Source of the DNA: an uncultured Chloroflexia bacterium
Lineage (GTDB): Bacteria; Chloroflexota; Chloroflexia; Thermomicrobiales; JALYUS01
Direction of reading: 5' to 3'
Length of the DNA: 64,000 nt
NCBI GenBank assembly: GCA_963847195.1
Contig: CAWJZC010000003.1
Location: 55,968-119,967, forward strand
Shown here: positions 51,154 to 62,379 of the stretch, piece after piece
How the letters are laid out: each line of letters begins with the position of its first letter
Numbering within the stretch: position 1 is the stretch's first letter
Position numbers and translations under genes: made by a program
Notes under the pieces: model-generated
Told to the model about the DNA's origin: nothing
The model's database searches: none
Seen by the model: the letters and a program-made list of their open reading frames with translations, nothing else

Positions 51154-51738
51154 ATGCCACGGATTGCCTGGGTGGAGGATGACGCGGCTGAGGGGGCGAC
51201 GGCGGAAGGGTTCGCGCGCGTCCGGGCCGCCTCGTCGAGCGGGCAGGTCGCGGAGATCATGCGGACGATGAGCGTGCGCCCGGATTTCATGGAGGCGATT
51301 CTCGCCGCGTCGCGCCTCCATTTCTCGGACGGCGCGCTGACCCGCGTGCAGCACGAGATGATCGCCTCGTACGTCGCCGCGCTCAATCGCTGCCACTACT
51401 GACTGACCAGCCACACCTGGTTCCTGCAGTTGCAGGGCGAGCAGTACAGTGCGGCGGCGCGGGCCCTCCGCGATGGCGATCTGGCGGCGGCCCCGGTCAC
51501 GCCCGCCGAGCGGCTCCTGCTGGAGTTCGTCGGCACCCTCACCGAGCACGCCTACCGGATCACCGATGAGCAGGTGCAAGGGCTGCGCGACGTCGGCTGG
51601 ACGGACGCGCAGATCGCCGAGGCGGTCTATGACGGCGCGCTTTTCAATCTTTTCGTCCGTCTCGCCGACGCCTTCGATATCCACCCGCCGCCCGTGATGG
51701 ACGCCGACGGGATACCGAAGGCGGTCACCGGCGGGTAG
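51154..51738 (+). CDS. AhpD-like / carboxymuconolactone-decarboxylase-family peroxidase-related protein with in-frame TGA 51400-51402 (candidate selenocysteine)
   Basis: ORFs 51118..51402 and 51430..51738 share one frame and are separated only by one TGA. The joined sequence reads LTRVQHEMIASYVAALNRCHY-TGA-LTSHTWFL, so TGA sits where the family motif N-x-C-x-Y-C-x-x-x-H has its second Cys. Hairpins lie at 51406-51421 and 51423-51436, just 3' of the TGA. Confidence 0.6.
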
Positions 51739-51878
51739 CGGGTTGGCGTGCGGGAACATCGGGTACTTGCGCGACGTACTATACTGCGAAGGATGACCCG
51801 CGATGCGGGGCTTCTGGGGCATGGCGCGTGGGTGATGCGCCGCGAAGATCGGTGGTGTAGGGAAGGAATGGGGAACCA

Positions 51879-52109
51879 ATGGATCCGATGCAAAGTGGAC
51901 AGGTCAGCGACAAGACATTCACGACGACGCTCATCCTGAGCATTCTCCTCGGCAGCCTCGGTGTCGACCGTTTCTATCTGGGCTACACGAAGCTCGGTAT
52001 CCTCAAGTTAATCACACTCGGCGGCTGCGGCATCTGGTCGATCATCGATATCATCCAGATCGCCCAGGGGAAGATGCCGGACGCGCAGGGCCGTCCGCTC
52101 GCCCGCTAA
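51879..52109 (+). CDS. TM2-domain membrane protein
   Basis: LILSILLGSLGVDRFYLGYTKLGILKLITLGGCGIWSIIDIIQIAQG. Confidence 0.8.
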   Translation: MDPMQSGQVSDKTFTTTLILSILLGSLGVDRFYLGYTKLGILKLITLGGCGIWSIIDIIQIAQGKMPDAQGRPLAR

Positions 52110-52126
52110 CAGGGACGGGAGTTCGG

Positions 52127-52169
52127 GGTTCGGGGGTCGCGACGGCAATGCCGTCCCGACCCCCGAACC
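52127..52169. terminator. Bidirectional stem-loop between convergent genes
   Basis: GGTTCGGGGGTCG..GACGGC AAT GCCGTC..CGACCCCCGAACC gives about 19 bp of pairing. It fills the 62-nt gap between stops 52109 and 52172. Confidence 0.55.
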
Positions 52170-52171
52170 GC

Positions 52172-53263
52172 TTAAGGAAGGTATCGCCGCTCGTAGCGCG
52201 TCTCGCGGGGGGCGCGTGCGTCGATGCCCGGCAGGGGCGCGAAGGGGGCGTGCGGCTCGGTCTGATACCAGTAGGCGGTGCTGGCGATGTCGTCCCCCCG
52301 GTCGTTCGCGTGGCCGTGCTCGATGGTCACGCGAATGGCCGTGTCGAAGAGTACCGGGTCCTCGATATGATAGCGATAGACGGTGATTTTGCCGCCCCAG
52401 TTGGCCGCGCCGGGGAGGAGAATGCCGTGGTACGGCGCGACATAGAACTCCGACGGGCACCATGAGCAGCCGTAATAATCCTCCGTGCCCGTGCCGACGA
52501 GTGACGGCACGGCCTCGCCGTCGATGAAGATCATGTCGTCGCCCTCGCCATACCAGGACCAGTCCGCCGCCAGCCCCGCGCCCTCCTGGCCGGCGGTGTG
52601 GCGATGGACATTGTCGTAATCGAGGTGGCAGCCGACGTAATGCCCCTTGCCGGTCGCCTCCATGATGAGGTAGTTGCCCGCGCCTGTCAGGTTCTTGCCG
52701 TCGTCCTCGTTGTGCGGCTCCGCCCGCGCCGGATTCTCCCGGTGCCACCAGGCATGGAACCTGCCCAGGCCCTCGTCTAACGCGACGTATTCCTCGTAGT
52801 CCACGTAGAAATAGAATGAGCGGCAGTCCACTGGGCCATCGTTGGTGATCGTCACGCGCGCCCCCTGCGCGAAGGGCATCGGGAAGTAGCAGTTGAGACC
52901 CCGGCCGTCCTGCGGGCTCATCGCGAGCATCGGCGTGGCGAAGTTGCGCGTCATCGCGTGGCCCATGCCGAAGAAGTCGCCGACCGGCACTTCCACGGAG
53001 GGGGACGCCTCGCCGTCCCAGTACATCCGCAGCGCGAGGTTCCGTAGATGGAGCGGGTCGTCCGAGGCGATGGTGAACCAGAGATGCGTGATGCAGCCCG
53101 CGCCGCCGATCTCCGCCAGCGTCGCCGTCTCGCCCGCCCGGATGGTGATGAAGTCGCGGTTCCCGCCCGTCCGGTCCCACGACGAGGCCCGACGGCGCTT
53201 CGCGTCTCGCAGCCGCGCCAGCCCGCGCAATGACGCCCCGCCGAATGTTGGTAGCCCGCTCAC
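52172..53263 (-). CDS. DUF2961-family protein (glycoside hydrolase family 172-like)
   Basis: LARLRDAKRRRASSWDRTGGNRDFITIRAGETATLAEIGGAGCITHLWFTI...LRMYWDGE..VPVGDFFGMGH...NCYFPMPF. GTG 53263 with SD AAGGAG is preferred over the TTG 53338 of the ORF track. Confidence 0.7.
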   Translation of the reverse strand: MSGLPTFGGASLRGLARLRDAKRRRASSWDRTGGNRDFITIRAGETATLAEIGGAGCITHLWFTIASDDPLHLRNLALRMYWDGEASPSVEVPVGDFFGMGHAMTRNFATPMLAMSPQDGRGLNCYFPMPFAQGARVTITNDGPVDCRSFYFYVDYEEYVALDEGLGRFHAWWHRENPARAEPHNEDDGKNLTGAGNYLIMEATGKGHYVGCHLDYDNVHRHTAGQEGAGLAADWSWYGEGDDMIFIDGEAVPSLVGTGTEDYYGCSWCPSEFYVAPYHGILLPGAANWGGKITVYRYHIEDPVLFDTAIRVTIEHGHANDRGDDIASTAYWYQTEPHAPFAPLPGIDARAPRETRYERRYLP

Positions 53264-53389
53264 CCCACGCTCCTTTGCTATCTGTCCGTTGGCCGTCTCG
53301 GAGGGTACTGTACCACCCGCCTTGCCCCCGACCCGCAATCCTCGTATCCTCCCCGTGGGTGTACCGAAGCAAGAATTGCGGAATGGGGT

Positions 53390-54961
53390 ATGACAGTCAT
53401 GCGGCGATCTCTGCGCCTCCGGTTATCGGTGATCCTGCTTGTTGCCCTGATGGGCATGCTGCTCGACACCACCACGGCGGGGTACGCCGCCCCGGTCGGC
53501 ATCGCCGACGCGGGCACGACGTTCGCGGCGGATGGCGGGCCGGTGCCGCGCTTCGAGGCCGCCGCCTGCCCGTGGAAACTGCCGACGGGGCAGGTGGAGG
53601 GGCAGACGGTGAAGTGCGGCTTCGCTGTCGTGCCGGAGGTACATCAGAACCCGACCGGCCCGACGATCCGGCTGCCCGTCGCGGTCTTCAGGAGCACATC
53701 GAGCACCCCCGCGCCGGACGCAACGATCTATCTGCAAGGGGGCCCCGGCGCGCCGGTCGGTGACTTCATCACCGGATTCCTCGAAGGCCACCTCGATCGC
53801 TACACGGCGGCGCGCGACCTGATCGTCTTCGATCAGCGCGGCATCGGCTTCGCGCAGCCGAGCCTCGACTGCCCGGAAGTGACGGCGGCGGACCTCGCGG
53901 ACATCGGCGCCCAGACCAGCCAGACGCAGAAGACGAACGACGACATCGCCGCGACGTTCGCCTGCCGGGACCGCCTGATGAAGCAGGGCATCGACCTCGG
54001 CGCGTACACGAGCGCAGAGGGTGCGGCGGATGTCAACGACATCCGCGCCGTGCTCGGCTACTCGCAACTGAACCTGCTCGGTGTCTCCTACGGCACGCGC
54101 CTCGCCCTGACGATCATGCGGGACTTCCCGAACGCGGTGCGGAGCGCGGTGCTCGATTCGTCCGTGCCGCTGCAAACAAACATCGTCGAAGACAACGGCG
54201 TCAACTTCAAACGTTCGTTCGATCTCTTCTTTGCCGCCTGTGCGGCGGATGCCACCTGTACGAGCAAGTATCCGGCATTACAAGCGGACTACGCGGCCGC
54301 TGTCGCGCAACTGAACGGCCAGCCGATCACGACAACCGCGACGGATCAGACGACGAACAAGACGGTGCCCGTCGTCGTTGATGGGATCGAGCTCACATCC
54401 TTGATTTCGGAATTGCTGTACCTCAATGGCGATATCACGCGCATCATTCCTCCCTTGGTCGAGGAGATCAAGGCGGGCCAGACGACGATACTGGACGCCG
54501 TATTGAACGCATTCGGCCCGATCGTTGGCGCCGATATCAACGTCGGCGCCTATTACTCGGTCATCTGCTCCGAGGAGGTGCCGTTCAACAATCGCGACCG
54601 CGCCGCCGCCGCCGCGCAATCGCTCACGCCCGATCTGCAACAGATCTTCGCCAGCGATGTCCGCCAGCATTTCGATGTCTGCGCGCAATGGCCCGTCCAT
54701 GCGATCAACCCGGTGGAGACGCAAGCCGTGACGAGCGATTTGCCCGCGCTGGTGCTCTCCAGCGATAACGACCCCGCCACGCCGCCATCGTACGGCACGC
54801 AGGTGGAGCAGACGCTCTCGCATGGCTTCCTCATCACCTTCCCCGGTATCGGGCACTCCGTCCTCGGCAACGGCGGCGATTGCGGCCTCAGCACGATCTT
54901 CGCCTTCATCGACAACCCGACAACCGGGCCGCCGACCGATTGCGTCGGGAAGCGGGGGTGA
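53390..54961 (+). CDS. Secreted alpha/beta hydrolase, TAP-like (tripeptidyl aminopeptidase family)
   Basis: Signal peptide MTVMRRSLRLRLSVILLVALMGMLL. YLQGGPGAP, nucleophile elbow GVSYGT, and a C-terminal TAP-like segment LVLSSDNDPATPP..GHSVLG. Confidence 0.7.
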   Translation: MTVMRRSLRLRLSVILLVALMGMLLDTTTAGYAAPVGIADAGTTFAADGGPVPRFEAAACPWKLPTGQVEGQTVKCGFAVVPEVHQNPTGPTIRLPVAVFRSTSSTPAPDATIYLQGGPGAPVGDFITGFLEGHLDRYTAARDLIVFDQRGIGFAQPSLDCPEVTAADLADIGAQTSQTQKTNDDIAATFACRDRLMKQGIDLGAYTSAEGAADVNDIRAVLGYSQLNLLGVSYGTRLALTIMRDFPNAVRSAVLDSSVPLQTNIVEDNGVNFKRSFDLFFAACAADATCTSKYPALQADYAAAVAQLNGQPITTTATDQTTNKTVPVVVDGIELTSLISELLYLNGDITRIIPPLVEEIKAGQTTILDAVLNAFGPIVGADINVGAYYSVICSEEVPFNNRDRAAAAAQSLTPDLQQIFASDVRQHFDVCAQWPVHAINPVETQAVTSDLPALVLSSDNDPATPPSYGTQVEQTLSHGFLITFPGIGHSVLGNGGDCGLSTIFAFIDNPTTGPPTDCVGKRG

Positions 54962-55024
54962 CCCTCTCCCCCGGCCTGCTCTCGTACAGAGCTATCGTGG
55001 CACATATCTGAAACATATCGTGAC

Positions 55025-55822
55025 CTATCTGCGATGGCTCCGTACGAGGGGGGCCGAGGGTGAGGAAACGAACGCGCCGTCCTGCAATATGGGCGCCGTC
55101 TCGCTCGCGTCGAGATGCGCGGCAATCTCAACATCGCTCGCGTAACCGAGGGCGGCGAGTTCCCGGCCCGAACTGCACGCGGCGATGAAGGGGAGCAGTG
55201 CGGCTGCGGCCGCCGCATAGACGGCAATGGCAGCGATCGCCTCCGGCGAGGGCGCGGTCGGACGGAGGGCGGCGAGGATCGCGCCCGCGCCGACCATGTC
55301 CTCGATTGCGGGGCGGAGCGGCCGGTCGTCGCCCTCCCACTGCTCCCCCGCCGCAACCACCGTGACAGTTTGACCGAGCGCGCGGGCGGTCGCGGCGACG
55401 GCTCGCGCATTGCGCACGCACCCGGCGATCACGGCGGCACCGGAATCGGCGGCGATGGTGGCGAGCGTCGAGCCGTTCGGGGAGGGGAGGACAAGCCGCG
55501 TCCCCGGCGAGAGCGTGTCCAACGAGGCCGGGGAGAGCGAGTATGGCCGCTCCGCCGTCGTCTCGCCCCGGCTGACCGCCAGCATTGCCCCGTTCTCCCG
55601 CGCGAACGCCTCCGCTGACGCATCTCGCCACCGATAGGGGAAGACCGTCGCCCCGTGCGCCACCGCGACATCCACGCAGGTGCTAAAACTGAGCACATCG
55701 ACGATCACGACGACATCGGAGAGGGGCGCGAGTCGCCGTATGCCCTCCACTCCCCACTCGAAGCGCGCGTCGCAGCCGGATTGGTCGTAGTACGCGGTTG
55801 CGGGGCCGTGCTGTTCCATCAT
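55025..55822 (-). CDS. 2-phosphosulfolactate phosphatase (ComB)-family protein
   Basis: VVIVDVLSFSTCVDVAV...LPSPNGSTLA...IEDMVGAGAIL resembles ComB-family motifs. Confidence 0.5.
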   Translation of the reverse strand: MMEQHGPATAYYDQSGCDARFEWGVEGIRRLAPLSDVVVIVDVLSFSTCVDVAVAHGATVFPYRWRDASAEAFARENGAMLAVSRGETTAERPYSLSPASLDTLSPGTRLVLPSPNGSTLATIAADSGAAVIAGCVRNARAVAATARALGQTVTVVAAGEQWEGDDRPLRPAIEDMVGAGAILAALRPTAPSPEAIAAIAVYAAAAAALLPFIAACSSGRELAALGYASDVEIAAHLDASETAPILQDGAFVSSPSAPLVRSHRR

Positions 55823-55884
55823 CGGATTCCTTCTGAAATTGGCGAAGGGCGCACGGCTGTGCGCCCCTACAGTGTGACTTGCTT

Positions 55885-55932
55885 CCCCCCTCTCCTTTGG
55901 TTGTCAGCAAAGGAGAGGGGCCGGGGGTGAGG
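55885..55932. repeat. C/G-run hairpin repeat
   Basis: CCCCTCTCCTTTGGTTGTCAGCAAAGGAGAGGGGCCGGGGGTGAGG, nearly identical to the element at 42599-42646. Confidence 0.85.
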
Positions 55933-55937
55933 TTCCC

Positions 55938-57395
55938 CTACAGGCCGACCGTGACCGCCTTGACCTCCATGAATTCCTCGATGCCCATGCTGCCGTTCTC
56001 GCGGCCGAGACCGCTCTCCTTGAAGCCCCCAAAGGGGATCTGCGGCGCGGTGGGCAGCGGGTCGTTGCAGCCGACGATGCCGTACTCCAGCCCTTCCGCG
56101 ACGCGGAAGACGCGGCCAACGTCGCGCGTGAAGAAGTAGGCGGCGAGGCCGAACGGCGTGTCATTCGCCAGGCGGATGCCTTCCTCCTCGCTGTCGAACG
56201 GCACGATCGGCAGCGCGGGGCCGAAGGTCTCGTCGTGGAGAATCTTCGCGTCCGGCGCGACATTGGCGAGGATCGTCGGCTCGTAGAAGAACCCCTTCAG
56301 GTGACCGTTCGTATCGGCGGGCTTGCCGCCGGCGAGCACCGTCGCGCCGCCCTTCAGTGCGTCCGCAACCTGATCCTCGACCTTCTGGAAGCCCCGCTCG
56401 TCGATCATCGGGCCGACTTTGGTATCGGCATCGAGGCCATTGCCGACCTTCAGCCCCTTCGCCAGTTCCGCGACGCGCTTCGAGAACGCCTCGACGATCG
56501 GGCGCTGGACATAGAGACGGTTGGTGCAGATACAGGTCTGGCCCGCGTTGCGGAAGCGCGAGGTGATCGCGCCCTGCGCGGCCTGCTCGATGTCCGCGTC
56601 GTCGAAGACGATCATCGGCGCGTGGCCGCCGAGTTCGAGCGAGACCTTCTTGACCGTCCCCGCCGCCATCGCCATCAGTTCCTTGCCGACCTCGGTGCTG
56701 CCGGTGAAGGTGATCTTGCGGACGATGGCGCTCTCCGCCAGCACCTTCGCCACTTCTCTGGCGGACTTGCTCGTGACGATGTTGACGACGCCCGGCGGGA
56801 AGCCCGCCTCGTCGAACGCCTTGATGATCTCCAGCGCGACGAGCGGCGTCGCGGACGAGGGCCGGAGGACGACGGTGCAGCCGGCCGCCAGCGCGGGCGC
56901 GATCTTACGCGTAATCATCGAGTGCGGGAAGTTCCACGGCGTGATCGCCGCAACGACGCCGACCGGCTGCCGGAAGGTGAGGACGCGCTTGCCCGCCGTC
57001 GGGCTGGGGACGACCTCGCCGTAGGTGCGGCGCGCCTCCTCCGCGTTCCAACGCACGAAGCCCGCGCTGATCGTCGCCTCGCCGCGCGATTCCGCCAGCG
57101 GCTTGCCATTCTCCTCGGTGAGGATGCGGGCGTGCTCCTCGATGCGGCTCTTGAGGATATCGAAGGTCTTGTGCAGCAGTTCGGCGCGCTCGTCCGCCGG
57201 GCGCTTCGACCACGCCGGGAAGGCATCGGCGGCCGCCTGCACCGCCGCTTCCGTCTCCGCCGCGCCGCCGTCCGCCACCTCGGCGAGCAGTTCGCCGGTC
57301 GCGGGGTTATGGACCGGGAAGGTCTTGCCGCCTGCGGCATCCTGCCACTGGCCATTCAGATAGAGTTGATAGGTCTTCGTCGCGGTCGTCGCCAT
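55938..57395 (-). CDS. NAD(P)-dependent aldehyde dehydrogenase, succinate-semialdehyde dehydrogenase-like
   Basis: Intact 485-aa ORF with ITPWNFP, FTGSTEVGK, the catalytic Glu motif SLELGGHAP and the catalytic Cys motif RNAGQTCICTNR. SD AAGGGAGA precedes ATG 57395. Confidence 0.85.
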   Translation of the reverse strand: MATTATKTYQLYLNGQWQDAAGGKTFPVHNPATGELLAEVADGGAAETEAAVQAAADAFPAWSKRPADERAELLHKTFDILKSRIEEHARILTEENGKPLAESRGEATISAGFVRWNAEEARRTYGEVVPSPTAGKRVLTFRQPVGVVAAITPWNFPHSMITRKIAPALAAGCTVVLRPSSATPLVALEIIKAFDEAGFPPGVVNIVTSKSAREVAKVLAESAIVRKITFTGSTEVGKELMAMAAGTVKKVSLELGGHAPMIVFDDADIEQAAQGAITSRFRNAGQTCICTNRLYVQRPIVEAFSKRVAELAKGLKVGNGLDADTKVGPMIDERGFQKVEDQVADALKGGATVLAGGKPADTNGHLKGFFYEPTILANVAPDAKILHDETFGPALPIVPFDSEEEGIRLANDTPFGLAAYFFTRDVGRVFRVAEGLEYGIVGCNDPLPTAPQIPFGGFKESGLGRENGSMGIEEFMEVKAVTVGL

Positions 57396-57547
57396 GCTGA
57401 TCTCCCTTCGTGCGTACCGTACCCTCATATGGTTGAGAACACCGTGCATCGTCCCGCATTCCATCGGGAGCGTCAACGGCGAGAGAACCTCACTCTCCCG
57501 GCACCCTGGGGGCAGGTGAGAGGGGCTGAGGGTGAGGTTTTTTGCTC

Positions 57548-57576
57548 TTGCAGCGACTCCCCACGCGGGGTATACT
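57548..57576 (+). promoter_or_regulatory. Sigma-70-type promoter of the nusA operon (TTGCAG - 17 nt - TATACT)
   Basis: TTGCAG 57548-57553, 17-nt spacer, TATACT 57571-57576, preceded by a T-run. It lies about 200 nt upstream of nusA. Confidence 0.6.
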
Positions 57577-57602
57577 TTCAGTTGAACTCGTGCGCTGGCG
57601 GC

Positions 57603-57630
57603 AACGTGGGTTCTTTGACCCACGTTTTTC
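57603..57630 (+). terminator. Intrinsic terminator / attenuator in the nusA leader
   Basis: AACGTGGGT-TCTTTG-ACCCACGTT followed by TTT(C): a 9-bp stem plus U-tract about 30 nt after the predicted start site and 150 nt before the nusA ATG. Confidence 0.6.
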
Positions 57631-57779
57631 ATGCGCGAGAGCAGGGAGCCTCTCCGGCACGAGCCGGGCTCTCCATGCCGCCGGTACGGGGAACCACCCG
57701 CACGAAACTCGCGCGGGCAAGGGAATACGTAGCGGACGGGGCGATAGCGCCGCCGTCCGAATTGGGAGGGATACCAGCA

Positions 57780-59336
<1,557 letters not shown>

Positions 59337-59359
59337 CGCCCGAGCGGAAGGAGACCCCT

Positions 59360-59812
59360 ATGCCCGCGAAGGCGACGCTTGAAACAACCGGGAATTCCCC
59401 CTCCCCTGACCCTTTCCCCGTTCCGGGTGAAGAGAACCATGACGGGAATGGAGCCTCGAGTCCTTCTCCTCCTCCCGCATCGGGAGGGGGCCGAGGGGTG
59501 GGCAATCCTCCCCGTAAGAAGCGCAAGGGATTGAAACCCCGTCACATTCCGCAGCGGACGTGCATTGTGACGCGGCAGACGGGCGACAAACGCGGACTGG
59601 TCCGCATCGTCCGCACCCCCGAAGGACGGGTTGAGGTGGACGCCACCGGCAAGAAGAATGGCCGGGGCGCGTACCTCACCGCCGACCGCGCGATCTGGGA
59701 GCGTGCCCTGAAGGGCAATCTCCTCGCCCGCGCGCTGAAATGTGACATCAATGCGGACGACGCGGCGACGCTTCAGGCGTATGCGGAGACGCTTCAGAGG
59801 ACTGAGGACTGA
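59360..59812 (+). CDS. ylxR: YlxR/RnpM-family (DUF448) RNA-binding protein with repeat-derived N-terminal extension
   Basis: IPQRTCIVTRQTGDKRGLVRIVRTPEGRVEVDATGKKNGRGAYL. ATG 59360 has SD GGAAGGAG. Codons ~10-45 translate C/G-run repeats. TGA 59810-59812 lies in the heptamer array. Confidence 0.8.
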   Translation: MPAKATLETTGNSPSPDPFPVPGEENHDGNGASSPSPPPASGGGRGVGNPPRKKRKGLKPRHIPQRTCIVTRQTGDKRGLVRIVRTPEGRVEVDATGKKNGRGAYLTADRAIWERALKGNLLARALKCDINADDAATLQAYAETLQRTED

Positions 59813-59865
59813 GGACTGCGGGCCGTGTGGGGCTGGCTCAGTCCTCAGCACTCGGCCCTCAGTCC
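59798..59865. repeat. Heptamer-armed hairpin (GAGGACT / AGTCCTC type)
   Basis: GAGGACTGAGGACTGAGGACTG ... CTCAGTCCTCAGCACTCGGCCCTCAGTCC, between ylxR and infB. Confidence 0.85.
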
Positions 59866-59903
59866 TTGATAATGCCCTCACATCAAATGTGGGGGAAAGG
59901 AGT

Positions 59904-61844
59904 ATGACAATGCCAGGAAAACCTCCTCGTGGTGGATTTCGACCCGGACCGCCCCGCACGGGCGGCGGCCCGCGACCCGGTGGCGGGCGACCGGGCGGCC
60001 GCCCCGGTAATCGCGGCCCGAACACGAATGGTGCCGGGGGCGGCGAGCGGATCGCGCAGGTACGTCGCGGCCCGGTGCGCCCCGAAGAGCCCGTCATGCT
60101 GCCCGCTGTCATTAGCGTGGGCGACCTCTCCGACCGCTTGATGCTCTCGCCCACCGAGATCATCAAGGCCCTGATCGGCGTCGGCGTCTTCGCCAATATC
60201 AATCAGCAGATCGACTTCGCGACCGCCGAGAAAGTCGGCGCCGCACTGGAGATCCAGGTGGCGCCCGCTGAGCAGACGACAGACGCCGAGGGGATCACCG
60301 CCACCGTCGATACCCGCGCGACGACCGGCGGCACGGATACCCGCCCGCCGATCGTCACGATCATGGGGCATGTCGATCACGGTAAGACGAAGTTGCTCGA
60401 CGCCATCCGCGAGACGAAAGTCGCGGAGGGCGAGGCGGGCGGCATCACCCAGCGCATCGGCGCCTATCAGGTCGAGGTGCAGGGGCGGAAAATCTCCTTC
60501 CTCGATACCCCCGGCCATGAGGCGTTCACCGCCATGCGGGCGCGCGGCGCGCGGGCGACCGATATCGCCATCCTCGTCGTTGCCGCCGATGACGGCGTCA
60601 AGCCGCAGACGCTGGAGGCGATCTCGCACGCCAAGGCGGCCAATGTGCCGATCATCGTCGCGATCAACAAGATCGACGCCATCGGCGCGAATGTCGACCG
60701 CGTCAAGGCGCAACTCGCCGAGGCGGACGTGACGCCGGAGGATTACGGGGGCGACACGCCGACTGTCGAGGTCTCCGCGAAGGAGAAGCTCGGCATCGAC
60801 GACCTGCTCGACACGATCCTGCTCGTCGCGGACATCGCCGAGCTGAAGGCGAACCCGCACGTCCCGGCGACCGGCGTGATTATCGAGGCGAACCGCGACC
60901 CGGCGCGCGGCATCACCGCGACGGTGCTCATCCAGAATGGCACCTTGAATCAGCGGGATAGCGTCGTCGTCGGCTCGACCTATGGACGCATCCGGGCGAT
61001 GCAGGACGACCGGGGCCGCAAGGTGCGCCGGGCGCTCCCCTCGATGCCGGTGGAGATCATCGGCCTGGAGGACATGCCGGAGGCGGGCGACATCTTGCAG
61101 GCGTACGCGGACGACCGCGAGGCGCGCACGATCGCCGATCAGCGGCGCTTGCAGAAGCAGGCATCGTCGTTCTCGGACGAGCGGTTGAGCCTCGAAAATG
61201 CCCTGCGCAATGTCCAGACGGGCGGCACGAAGGAACTGCGGCTGATCCTCAAGGCGGCGGAGCAGGGCTCGCTCGGCGCGATCCAGAACGCGCTCAACAA
61301 GCTCGATGATCCATCGGTGCAGATCAACGTCATCCATACCGGCGTCGGCGCGATCGGCGAGTCCGATGTCTCGCTCGCCTCGGCGTCGCAAGCCATCATC
61401 ATCGGCTACAACGTCCGCCCGGACGTGGCGGGCAAGCGGGCGTCCGAGGCGCGCGGCGTCGATATCCGCTTCTACGATGTCATCTATCACCTCGTGGACG
61501 ACGTGAAGGCGGCGATGACCGGGATGCTCGACCCGATCGAGCAGGAGACGACGGACGGCTACGCCGAGGTGCGCGAGATCTTCAAGTTGCCGAACAAGAT
61601 CGTCGCGGCGGGCCTCTATGTCACGGACGGCGTCATCCGGCGCAACGACCGGGTGCGCGTGCTGCGCAACGGTGCGGTCGTCCACGACGGCACGGTGACG
61701 ACGCTGAAGCGCATGAAGGACGACGCGCGCGAGGTGCAGGCGGGCTACGAGTGCGGCCTCTCCCTCGATGGCTTCAACGACTACGAGACCGGCGACACGC
61801 TCGAGTTCTATCACAAAGAACAGATCGCGGCGCGGCTCGCGTAG
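59904..61844 (+). CDS. infB: Translation initiation factor IF-2
   Basis: ATG 59904 follows GGGGGAAAGGAG. There is a Gly/Pro/Arg-rich N-terminus and the GTPase motifs [26 protein letters not shown]. Intact to TAG 61842-61844. Confidence 0.9.
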   Translation: MTMPGKPPRGGFRPGPPRTGGGPRPGGGRPGGRPGNRGPNTNGAGGGERIAQVRRGPVRPEEPVMLPAVISVGDLSDRLMLSPTEIIKALIGVGVFANINQQIDFATAEKVGAALEIQVAPAEQTTDAEGITATVDTRATTGGTDTRPPIVTIMGHVDHGKTKLLDAIRETKVAEGEAGGITQRIGAYQVEVQGRKISFLDTPGHEAFTAMRARGARATDIAILVVAADDGVKPQTLEAISHAKAANVPIIVAINKIDAIGANVDRVKAQLAEADVTPEDYGGDTPTVEVSAKEKLGIDDLLDTILLVADIAELKANPHVPATGVIIEANRDPARGITATVLIQNGTLNQRDSVVVGSTYGRIRAMQDDRGRKVRRALPSMPVEIIGLEDMPEAGDILQAYADDREARTIADQRRLQKQASSFSDERLSLENALRNVQTGGTKELRLILKAAEQGSLGAIQNALNKLDDPSVQINVIHTGVGAIGESDVSLASASQAIIIGYNVRPDVAGKRASEARGVDIRFYDVIYHLVDDVKAAMTGMLDPIEQETTDGYAEVREIFKLPNKIVAAGLYVTDGVIRRNDRVRVLRNGAVVHDGTVTTLKRMKDDAREVQAGYECGLSLDGFNDYETGDTLEFYHKEQIAARLA

Positions 61845-61862
61845 CGAGAAGGAATGAGCGAT

Positions 61863-61924
61863 GAGGACTGAGGACTGAGTAGGGAACTTCTCCACTCAGT
61901 CCTCAGTCCTCAGTCCTCAGTCCT
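61863..61924. repeat. Heptamer-armed hairpin (GAGGACT / AGTCCTC type)
   Basis: GAGGACTGAGGACTGAGT, a 14-nt loop, then ACTCAGTCCTCAGTCCTCAGTCCTCAGTCC, between infB and rbfA. Confidence 0.9.
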
Positions 61925-61940
61925 TCCCCTGGAGGGGAAG

Positions 61941-62378
61941 ATGGCGAAATCCAACAGGCGCATTGAGCAAGTCAATGACTTCCTCAGGAACGAGGTGGCG
62001 CAACTGATCCGGCAGGAGCAGGACGAGATGCGCCTCAAGCTCGTCAGCGTGACCGAGGTACAGACGAGCCCCGACCTGCGCCATGCGAAGGTCTTCATCA
62101 GCACGCTCGGCGGTGAGAAGGAGCGCGACGCGGCGGTCGCGACGTTGCGGCGGCACGCGAGCCATCTGCGGCACCTGCTCGCGCCCCGTATCACCTTCCG
62201 CTCCGTCCCCTCGCTCGATTTCCGCCCCGATTCCTCGCTGGAAGCGGGCGCGGAGATATTGCGCGCCCTGAACGAAATCGAACGCGAGCGGGCCGTGAAC
62301 CCGCCCCACCTCGACGACGAACCGGCCCCGGAGCCGGCCGAGAAAGCGCCTAATCCGCGTGCGCGTAAACGGAAGTAA
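61941..62378 (+). CDS. rbfA: Ribosome-binding factor A
   Basis: RRIEQVNDFLRNEVAQLIRQE..LVSVTEVQTSPDLRHAKVFIS...LRRHASHLRHLLAPRITFRSVPSLDFRPD. Confidence 0.85.
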   Translation: MAKSNRRIEQVNDFLRNEVAQLIRQEQDEMRLKLVSVTEVQTSPDLRHAKVFISTLGGEKERDAAVATLRRHASHLRHLLAPRITFRSVPSLDFRPDSSLEAGAEILRALNEIERERAVNPPHLDDEPAPEPAEKAPNPRARKRK

Positions 62379-62379
62379 C

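Noticed and set aside
56235-57779. First ~515 aa of the 1033-aa plus-strand ORF 56235..59336
   Set aside because: It is antisense to the intact aldehyde dehydrogenase gene and to the leader region. NusA similarity begins at ATG 57780, which has its own SD.
59883-61895. Long antisense ORFs (this 670-aa one opposite infB; also 15743..17680, 17756..19240, 11415..12518, 62619..63983, 22869..24143, 24848..25960)
   Set aside because: No recognisable domains and a low-complexity Arg/Gly/Asp/Ala composition. Each lies opposite a gene with clear homology. These are high-GC artefacts.
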